A stretch of DNA of 64,000 nt, from positions 1,272 through 65,271 of the forward strand of contig CBFHWX010000003.1 in assembly GCA_965659445.1 (NCBI GenBank). Reading direction: 5' to 3'. Below are positions 57,544 to 64,000 of this stretch, piece after piece (the stretch's first letter is position 1; each line of letters opens with the position of its first letter). The notes beneath the pieces were generated by a model. The model was not told where the DNA came from. It did not search any database and saw only the letters and a program-made list of their open reading frames with translations. Source of the stretch: Limisphaerales bacterium (lineage in GTDB: Bacteria > Verrucomicrobiota > Verrucomicrobiia > Limisphaerales > UBA1100). A program made the position numbers and the translations under genes.

Positions 57544-59643
57544 GTGAAGCAGATTCTCTTGATATGTTCGGTGGTGGCGTTGGTGGGGGGATGTGCCTCG
57601 ACACCGAAAATCATTCCCAACAAAGCTGATGCCAAGGAAGATGTTGATTGGCGGGTGTATCTCGGAGGCAAGGAGCGCAACTTGTATTCTTCGTTGAAGC
57701 AGATTAACCGTGACAACGTGACCAAGCTGGAGGTTGCCTGGACCTTTGAAACAGGAGACCAAGCTGAGTACCAGGCAAACAACTTGATCGTCGGTGGGTT
57801 GCTCTATACACCGACTCCGTCGCGCAAGGTTGTGGCGCTGAACGCAGCGACCGGCGAGGTGAGCTGGACTTGGGATCCGGCCAAGGACGGCCCGGGTGCA
57901 GGGCGTGCCCGACAGCGGGGCTTGGTCTATTGGGAGAATGAGGAGGGAGGCGAGCGTCGCTTGTTGACGGGGGTAGCCGGGATGCTTTTTGCCTTGGACG
58001 CGGTGACCGGCGAGGTGATCAAGGACTTTGGAAAAGAAGGTTCGATCAAGCTCGGTTCTGGATTGAACACGCCTGGTGTGGTGTACAAGGACCTCGTGAT
58101 CGTCGGTGGCGTGGGAGGCAAGGGTGCTGTGCGTGCCTACGACGTTCGCACGGGTGCCCAGCGTTGGATCTTTCATCTGATTCCACGTCCCGGCGAAGTG
58201 GGCTACGACACCTGGCCCAAGAATGCCTACAAAACCGCCACCGGTCTGATGCCCTGGTGCGGCCAGTCGCTCGATGAAAAGCGTGGCATCGTCTACGTGG
58301 CAACCAAGACCGCGGAACCTGATTTTTATGGAGGTCGGCGGCACGGGGCAAACCTGTTTGCCAACTCCGTACTTGCCTTGGACGCAGCAACCGGGAAACG
58401 CATTTGGCACTTTCAGATCGTGCACCATGACCTGTTGGACAAAGACCTGCCTTGTCCGCCGGTATTGCTGACTGTCACACACAAGGGAAAAAAGGTCGAT
58501 GCAGTGGCCCAGGGAACAAAGCACGGCCTGTTGTTCGTCTTCAATCGAGAAACCGGTGAACCACTCTGGCCAATCGAGGAACGCCCGGTTCCCGCCTCTG
58601 AACTGGAGGGCGAAAAGGCCTGGCCGACACAACCTTTCCCGACCAAGCCCCCACCGCTGATGCGCCAGAAATACACCGAGACGGATGCCTCCAATATTTC
58701 CCCAAAGACCCTCCAGCTTACTTTGGATCGCATCAAGGCCTCGCCTAACTTTGGACCCTTTCCAGCCCCTGGCTTGAATGAAACGGTTATGTTTCCTGGT
58801 TTCGATGGGGGTATGGAATGGGGCGGCGGAGCCGCCGACCCGGATGGCATCTACTACGTCAACGTCAACGAAATGCCCTGGTTACTGCAGATGATCGAGA
58901 CGCGCAAAGTCGACGGCTCCGAGTTGGTCCGCGGCGAGCGAGACTATAAGATCTTTTGCGGAGCCTGCCATGGGTTGGACCGCAAGGGGAATAAACAGGC
59001 GGGCTTTCCGCCTTTGTTGGGTATCGGTGACCGGAAGACCCGGGCCGAAATTGAGCTGATTACCCGGCAAGGCGGAGGACGCATGCCAGGCTACGCGACA
59101 ATGCCGGAAGCCAAGCGATCCGCCATCCTAGATTACGTATTGAACTACAAACCGCCCAGCCCCTCCCGATCGGAACCGGGAGCGCCTGCCCCGAAAGTGA
59201 CCGACAAACAACCACCGGCCTACGCCTTCGGAGGCTTCCGCCGCTGGTTGGACGACGAAGGGTACCCCGCCATCAAACCGCCTTGGGGCACCCTGAACGC
59301 TGTGGACCTCAACACGGGCAAAATCAAATGGAAGGTAGTTTTGGGTGAGTACCCCGAGTTGACTGCACGAGGCATACCGCCGACGGGGACTGAAAATTAC
59401 GGTGGCCCCTTGGTGACTGCGTCCGGCTTGATCTTCATCGGGGCGACCGCGGACGAGAGCTTCCGTGTCTTCGACAAGGAGAACGGTAAAACACTCTTTA
59501 AGGCCAAGTTGCCGTTTAGTGGCACCGCAACCCCGAGCACCTACATGGTGAAGGGCCGGCAATATGTGGTTATCTCCGCCGGAGGTGGAAAATCCGGACG
59601 TCCCAGAGGAGGCCACTTGGTGGCCTTTGCGTTGCCGGAGTGA
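57544..59643 (+). CDS. PQQ-dependent dehydrogenase (8-bladed propeller) lipoprotein with an inserted mono-heme cytochrome c domain
   Basis: Lipobox LVGGC, quinoprotein propeller repeats (DAATGKRIWHFQIVHHDLLDKD) and CGACH heme motif with downstream GGRMPGY. Propeller sequence resumes after the heme domain. Confidence 0.88.
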   Translation: MKQILLICSVVALVGGCASTPKIIPNKADAKEDVDWRVYLGGKERNLYSSLKQINRDNVTKLEVAWTFETGDQAEYQANNLIVGGLLYTPTPSRKVVALNAATGEVSWTWDPAKDGPGAGRARQRGLVYWENEEGGERRLLTGVAGMLFALDAVTGEVIKDFGKEGSIKLGSGLNTPGVVYKDLVIVGGVGGKGAVRAYDVRTGAQRWIFHLIPRPGEVGYDTWPKNAYKTATGLMPWCGQSLDEKRGIVYVATKTAEPDFYGGRRHGANLFANSVLALDAATGKRIWHFQIVHHDLLDKDLPCPPVLLTVTHKGKKVDAVAQGTKHGLLFVFNRETGEPLWPIEERPVPASELEGEKAWPTQPFPTKPPPLMRQKYTETDASNISPKTLQLTLDRIKASPNFGPFPAPGLNETVMFPGFDGGMEWGGGAADPDGIYYVNVNEMPWLLQMIETRKVDGSELVRGERDYKIFCGACHGLDRKGNKQAGFPPLLGIGDRKTRAEIELITRQGGGRMPGYATMPEAKRSAILDYVLNYKPPSPSRSEPGAPAPKVTDKQPPAYAFGGFRRWLDDEGYPAIKPPWGTLNAVDLNTGKIKWKVVLGEYPELTARGIPPTGTENYGGPLVTASGLIFIGATADESFRVFDKENGKTLFKAKLPFSGTATPSTYMVKGRQYVVISAGGGKSGRPRGGHLVAFALPE

Positions 59644-59655
59644 TTATTCGCAGAA

Positions 59656-59690
59656 AGGATCAGGGCCGTTCTCCCTGATCTTCTTGCTCT
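59656..59690 (+). terminator. Intrinsic terminator after the PQQ dehydrogenase gene
   Basis: GATCAGGG-CCGTTCT-CCCTGATC (8-10 bp stem) followed by TTCTTGCTCT. Confidence 0.6.
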
Positions 59691-59896
59691 ACACTTCTGC
59701 CAATTCAATAATCTTTGATTCTATCAACATCCCCCCGCTAATACGCACCACTCGTTCACCACGCGCTGCACAACCTTACCGCTGACAGGCTTCTTCCGGT
59801 TGGCCACCCTTGCAAGCTCCCGCATCTCCTCGCGCAGACTCTCCATCTAGAGTTGCCTAGTTCGTGATTTCGGTGTAATTGAACTGCCGTAAGGAC

Positions 59897-59981
<85 letters not shown>

Positions 59982-59985
59982 CTTT

Positions 59986-60423
59986 CTATTTGATTCCAAA
60001 GATGCCGAGATCTTTTTTCAACCCACGAATGCGCTCATCATAGCGAAGACGTTGTCGAGCTTGTTGCAGTGAGGGGCCGTCGCTGGGCAGGAAGTGATCG
60101 AAAAGAAATTCGCGCGTGGAGTGGTTCACACCTACTATATTGTCCACGCCACCACGTTCCATAGAAACCCGGTAAAGACGCGGTGGTTGCTCAGCCCCTT
60201 CAACATTGACCCGCAATACGAAGACAGTCTTGCCGGTTTGGCGACTGATGAAAAGCGCCTCCAGCAAGGTATCATGCAGCGCAAAATTGTCGCGGTTCAA
60301 ATCCTCAAACCATGCGTTTAGCACGGCGGATTCGGTGGACTTTCCTTTTGAAGAATTTGTGGACCCACAACCCACGATAAGCGCCAGGGAGGAGAGAAGA
60401 ATTAACAATCGGAACATGCCCAT
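59986..60423 (-). CDS. Hypothetical lipoprotein
   Basis: MFRLLILLSSLALIVGCGS lipobox. No known domain. Confidence 0.5.
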   Translation of the reverse strand: MGMFRLLILLSSLALIVGCGSTNSSKGKSTESAVLNAWFEDLNRDNFALHDTLLEALFISRQTGKTVFVLRVNVEGAEQPPRLYRVSMERGGVDNIVGVNHSTREFLFDHFLPSDGPSLQQARQRLRYDERIRGLKKDLGIFGIK

Positions 60424-60463
60424 TTCTAACCGCTACCATGAAAGCAGGCAAGCCAACGCGACT

Positions 60464-61657
60464 TCATTTTGGCTCAGGCTCTTTTCTCAAGCAACGCTGC
60501 AACGCCATCACTGCCATTGCGGTACCATACTGACGGTGGTAATCGTAGAGCGGATAGTCCCACCAGTCTCCTTCTTTCTCCTGCAATTTCATGAGCGTGG
60601 CGGCAAGATGATCCTGCAAGCGCGGCCGGTCTTTCTCCGGCACATGCTCCAGCAGCAGGCCGGCATAATAGTGGCCATAATAATAAAAGTAGCCGGCAAT
60701 CTGGAACCATGCCTCATGTGGGACCGGACGTTTGCGTCCTATGCCAAGCCATTCGTTGCGCGCAAACAAACGGTCCAACCACGTAATAATCACCTGATCA
60801 GTAATTTTTTTATCGCCCCACAATCGCAGAGCAACATTGCCTGCCTGAGAACGCCCCAAGCTGCCGGCTGGCCGGTTGATACCTCGTCGAGGCTTGTACT
60901 GCAGATATTCTCCGTACAGAAAACTGCCATCAGGTAAATGCTGCCGCTTGAGGGCGGCCAACGCGCGCTTTACCAGATGTTTCGGCGGTTCAATACCCGC
61001 AGCCTTCGCCTCGTGAAAGGCCACCAACACAGTAGCATTCACAAACGAAATGGAACTACTGGCAGGCTTCTTTGTGCCCACGCGGAAATCATAATAGCCC
61101 CAACCGCCATCGACTGACTCATAACGATCAAGCCGATCAAACTGTTGCTGAATCACCGCCTCGATACGCTTCACTTTGTCGGTTTCCTTCGCTTCCATAG
61201 CACGCGCACGTAGTCGTACCAGTGCCTGCAACCCATAGCCATGTGCCCACACGTTGTACATCGCATCAGCCGTGGCCCGGCGCAATTTAGGTAAGTTCTC
61301 CAGAAGGTATTTTTCGCTGTCAGCAATTGACGCGCGCGCGCGCGGATGATCACCGCCGGCCTCGATCATCGCCGAAGTACACAACGCCGTCACAGCCAAC
61401 CGAAACGCATAGTGGCTCTGGAATGTGGGTGCGTAGATATTCAGCCCCTTGGTATTGCGCGGCGAACCCCAGGAACCGTTCTTGTTCTGGTTGCCCTGCA
61501 GAAAATAAATACCGCGCTCAATGGATTTCTCCACCACCGGATTGCCCGGCGGCTTCACATCCGGCAGGCGGGGCAACTTGGAATAATCCGGCTCCTTATC
61601 TGCCGCGCCCACCGACCATACCAGTATTAGGCAAAAACTAAGGCAGGAATACTTCAT
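60464..61657 (-). CDS. Secreted prenyltransferase/squalene-oxidase-repeat (alpha/alpha toroid) protein
   Basis: Signal peptide, then repeated QNKNGSWG, VDGGWGYYDF and LPDGSFLYGEY terpenoid-cyclase-type repeats. ATG 61657 overlaps the upstream gene by 20 nt. Confidence 0.7.
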   Translation of the reverse strand: MKYSCLSFCLILVWSVGAADKEPDYSKLPRLPDVKPPGNPVVEKSIERGIYFLQGNQNKNGSWGSPRNTKGLNIYAPTFQSHYAFRLAVTALCTSAMIEAGGDHPRARASIADSEKYLLENLPKLRRATADAMYNVWAHGYGLQALVRLRARAMEAKETDKVKRIEAVIQQQFDRLDRYESVDGGWGYYDFRVGTKKPASSSISFVNATVLVAFHEAKAAGIEPPKHLVKRALAALKRQHLPDGSFLYGEYLQYKPRRGINRPAGSLGRSQAGNVALRLWGDKKITDQVIITWLDRLFARNEWLGIGRKRPVPHEAWFQIAGYFYYYGHYYAGLLLEHVPEKDRPRLQDHLAATLMKLQEKEGDWWDYPLYDYHRQYGTAMAVMALQRCLRKEPEPK

Positions 61658-63062
61658 CGCCTTCGGTGAGTCCTTTTGTGATTTCTGTTTTACCATTGTG
61701 AGAGTTCCCAATCTTCACAATCTTTTCTGTCGCGGCACTTTTGACTCCCTTCACTTTCACGAACATTTTACCAGCAGCATTTTGATGCAGTGCCTTGCTC
61801 GGGACAGTAATTGCTTTCTTGTTTTCGTACACTTCAAGCTTCACGGCGCATCCCATGCCGGGCATAAGGTATCCTTTATCAGCAATCTCCGTGCTGAGGG
61901 TAAGAGCGTACTGACCGGGTGCTGTAGGCACCTTGGATACTCTCGTCACCTTCACGGCAACTCGATGGCCCTGCTCGGCGGTGGGTGTAGCCCAACCGGT
62001 GATTCCAGATTCCACCTTGCGCAGATCTTTCTCCATTACCAAACCTTGGATCCGAAGTGGACGAATCTCGACCACAGTCATGAATACTTCGCCAAAAGTC
62101 AGTTTGCCATTCTTGCGTAGCTTGGGTTTGACCAGTTTCTGACCCGTCCATACGCCATCGGCGAATTTACCGTAATACACCACCCCATTGGCTGGTGCGC
62201 GCACGGTCATTTTTTTTAGGTCTCCCTCCAGCTTGGCGTGCGCTTCTTCAGCACGTTTCAGGTCGATGGTTTGCCGGCGCAAGCCCAATTTGAGTTTGGT
62301 CAGCTTCTCCTCGTGAGTGTCGTTGGACTTTCCGGTGTCAATCCGATTTCTGGTGAGCGCGTCCTTCATGTCCTCGTACTGTCGCGGCAGGGAAAACATC
62401 AGCGTGGCTTCAGTGGTATTGCGTGAGCGCTCCAGATAATGCAATGAGCGGTCCACCGAGTGCTGCGCGCGCTTGATGATGATCTCCTCGGTTTCCTCCG
62501 TTATATCATCGGCCTCATACATTTTCTTGAGCTGCTTGAGCTCCTCCTGAACATAGGAAAGGGAATTCTCCGAACTCGTCAGGGAAAACTTCGCGGACTT
62601 TTCGTTGAACGCCTTGATCTTTTGCTCATAGCGCTTGAAATCCACCTCCAGACGAGCCAGCGCGCGTGATGCTGCGGCTTTATCCATGGAAGCGCTGTTG
62701 ACGGCAAAATCATACTCAACCTTAGCCACAGCCATATCCAGCTTGGCTACTTCCAGGGCGAGTTGGCTGTCAGCAATCTTCTTCTCAAGCTTGTCGGTCT
62801 TCAGGTTTACCAGTACGTCCTTGGCCGAAACTTGGGTGCCATGGGCCACGGCATCGCGCGCCACGGTGAGATCTGCCCAAGCCTCGGGCCGCAGTTTGAT
62901 GGGATGAGACTTGGCCGCAGCAAAGGTGCCCTTAAAATCCACTGTGATACGGAAAGGCGCCGCCTTGACTTTGTACGTGCCACTCTTGGTGGCATTCGCA
63001 TCCGCCGCCTGCAGGCCTAGCGACAACAAGATTGGACTCAGGAACAAAAGGATGCGTTTCAT
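61638..63062 (-). CDS. HlyD/MFP-family periplasmic adaptor protein
   Basis: Signal peptide MKRILLFLSPILLSLGLQAADA, a lipoyl-like hairpin, a long coiled-coil (LALEVAKLDMAVAKVEYDF...), and a beta-barrel plus membrane-proximal end (...TEGDEVFLP). Confidence 0.75.
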   Translation of the reverse strand: MKRILLFLSPILLSLGLQAADANATKSGTYKVKAAPFRITVDFKGTFAAAKSHPIKLRPEAWADLTVARDAVAHGTQVSAKDVLVNLKTDKLEKKIADSQLALEVAKLDMAVAKVEYDFAVNSASMDKAAASRALARLEVDFKRYEQKIKAFNEKSAKFSLTSSENSLSYVQEELKQLKKMYEADDITEETEEIIIKRAQHSVDRSLHYLERSRNTTEATLMFSLPRQYEDMKDALTRNRIDTGKSNDTHEEKLTKLKLGLRRQTIDLKRAEEAHAKLEGDLKKMTVRAPANGVVYYGKFADGVWTGQKLVKPKLRKNGKLTFGEVFMTVVEIRPLRIQGLVMEKDLRKVESGITGWATPTAEQGHRVAVKVTRVSKVPTAPGQYALTLSTEIADKGYLMPGMGCAVKLEVYENKKAITVPSKALHQNAAGKMFVKVKGVKSAATEKIVKIGNSHNGKTEITKGLTEGDEVFLP

Positions 63063-63173
63063 GCGCGAGATTCCTAAAGGGAGCCGTCGGGTTTGGCAAG
63101 GCACGAATGGGAGCCAACCGCAGCTGCCTTTTACCAGTAGTACCAGCGTGACCGACGCACCACCTGCCGTGAG

Positions 63174-63207
63174 AGTTCTTGAGCCGGAGTGGCGGGAGGC
63201 GTAGGGT
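63174..63207 (+). promoter_or_regulatory. Conserved upstream element, copy 5
   Basis: AGTTCTTGAGCCGGAGTGGCGGGAGGCGTAGGGT. The hexamer ends 9 nt before ATG 63217. Confidence 0.5.
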
Positions 63208-63216
63208 GGCCGCATC

Positions 63217-63360
63217 ATGGCTGACGAAAAGAAACCTGAAACGCATCCTTCAAAGACTGCCACAGATCCCAAGCCCGTCGAGGAAATGACCGAGGAAGAG
63301 CAAATGGAGGCCTACGAGGAATCCCTCAAGGACACGGACTGGGGCCACCAGCCATGCTAA
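63217..63360 (+). CDS. Small acidic protein, 47 aa (hypothetical; below the ORF-track cut-off)
   Basis: MADEKKPETHPSKTATDPKPVEEMTEEEQMEAYEESLKDTDWGHQPC*. It is the only + strand frame downstream of element copy 5. Confidence 0.3.
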   Translation: MADEKKPETHPSKTATDPKPVEEMTEEEQMEAYEESLKDTDWGHQPC

Positions 63361-63405
63361 GACATGGGGCAAAGCAGTAGCCTATCTCTTCAGTCGTAGG
63401 GGTTA

Positions 63406-64000
63406 TCACCCAAAGGCTTCGCGCATCATAGCCACACTCTTGGGCACAGCGCTCTTGGCGTCTTCTTTTCCCTCAAACTCAATGGAAACGTAGCCACGGT
63501 AGTTTACCTTGCTCAAAATACCGGCAATGCGCTTGTAGTCCAGATCCAGCGTGTACCATTTCCCTCCCCCATAGTAGGTCTTGGCCTGCACAAATGTGGT
63601 GCGTGAGGCAATCATCTCCAGTTTCTTGTAAGGGTCCTCAAGAAAATTACCGGTATCCATAAGGACGCCCAGCCACGGAGAGGGAATAGCCTTGGCAATG
63701 CGCAGCAATCCCTCAGGAGTGCGCGCCAGGCCCCAGTGGTTTTCGAGTGCCATGTGTACCCCCAGTTTCTCGGCAGCAGGCAAACATTTCTCAATGGATT
63801 CAATGCACCACTTGAAGCCCTCATCCTCCGTGTGTCCGGGCAGGACCGGCTCAATACCGCGATTGGCCATGAGATGGTCAAAGTTTTTGCTGGTGCCCCA
63901 GCGGCCGGTGTTGAGCCGAATACACGGAATGCCCAATTCATGCGCCAGCTCCATGCAATGGATGGTGTGGTCAATATTGCGCTGACGCTTCGCCTTGTCC
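63406..64000 (-). CDS. Sugar phosphate isomerase/epimerase (xylose isomerase-like TIM barrel), 5' end beyond window
   Basis: LALENHWG...VLMDTGNF...YRGYVSIEFEG motifs. The frame stays open upstream of M at 63954 to the window edge. Confidence 0.8.
   Translation of the reverse strand, partial: DKAKRQRNIDHTIHCMELAHELGIPCIRLNTGRWGTSKNFDHLMANRGIEPVLPGHTEDEGFKWCIESIEKCLPAAEKLGVHMALENHWGLARTPEGLLRIAKAIPSPWLGVLMDTGNFLEDPYKKLEMIASRTTFVQAKTYYGGGKWYTLDLDYKRIAGILSKVNYRGYVSIEFEGKEDAKSAVPKSVAMMREAFG

Noticed and set aside
50565-57546. Reading the conserved element as a Tat (twin-arginine) signal, since translation from its TTG gives LSRR...RRR
   Set aside because: - The nucleotide identity extends 5' of the TTG and shows no synonymous-site variation pattern.
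- Copies 3 and 5 do not lead into a hydrophobic signal in that frame.
- A heme c protein is expected to use Sec.
- It is kept only as an alternative inside finding 1.
57280-58632. 450-aa ORF on the minus strand
   Set aside because: It is fully antisense to the PQQ dehydrogenase, whose + strand frame carries clear family motifs. The minus frame is Arg/Gly/Pro/His-rich low complexity, typical of spurious antisense ORFs in GC-rich DNA.
59721-59846. 41-aa minus-strand ORF (MESLREEMRELARVANRKKPVSGKVVQRVVNEWCVLAGGC) next to the tRNA-Leu, considered as a remnant of a mobile-element gene
   Set aside because: It is too short, with no recognisable integrase or transposase motif and no independent support.
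60206-60937. 243-aa + strand ORF
   Set aside because: It is antisense to the lipoprotein and prenyltransferase-repeat genes and crosses their intergenic gap. No motifs were found.

Overview
This 64-kb window is moderately GC-rich and gene-dense. It probably comes from a PVC-superphylum bacterium (Verrucomicrobiota or Planctomycetota-like). That inference rests on a GFTLIELLVVIAIIGILASMLLP-type pseudopilin, many lipobox proteins, the futalosine pathway and a YfhO-like protein. All functional calls come from motif recognition in the supplied translations; no database search was run.

Layout:
- 0.1-18.5 kb: an L,D-transpeptidase, followed by a long minus-strand block. The block runs purS-purQ-purL-purF-purM-purD, a triple fusion (LMW phosphatase, RpiB, SHMT), rho, a lipoprotein, resB, an oversized ccsA and an MFS transporter.
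- 18.5-20.7 kb: an orphan pseudopilin with three small envelope proteins.
- 20.8-26 kb: a PpiD-like chaperone, pssA, a relic of a flavoprotein gene, a DEDD exonuclease and an amidase.
- 26-30.8 kb: futalosine menaquinone genes (ubiX-like, UbiA-like, mqnE, mqnA, mqnC).
- 30.8-34.5 kb: speA and a Nif3 protein.
- 34.3-50.4 kb: a glycan locus. It contains an ATGA-coupled CDP-hexose pathway (rfbF, rfbG, C-methyltransferase, epimerase, GNAT, WbqC, CmcI-type methyltransferase, DegT), a GT2, a YfhO-like protein, two GT4 enzymes and further methyltransferases.
- 50.5-63.4 kb: secreted and lipoproteins preceded by a five-fold repeated promoter-like element.

Most notable observations:
- the repeated promoter-like element, positioned as if for leaderless mRNAs
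- an in-frame TGA with flanking hairpins, making a candidate selenoprotein
- a duplicated 5' half of tRNA-Leu bracketing a 4-kb segment
- the triple fusion enzyme
- the predicted branched-chain amino-sugar pathway

No CRISPR array, IS element, integrase or rRNA gene was seen.
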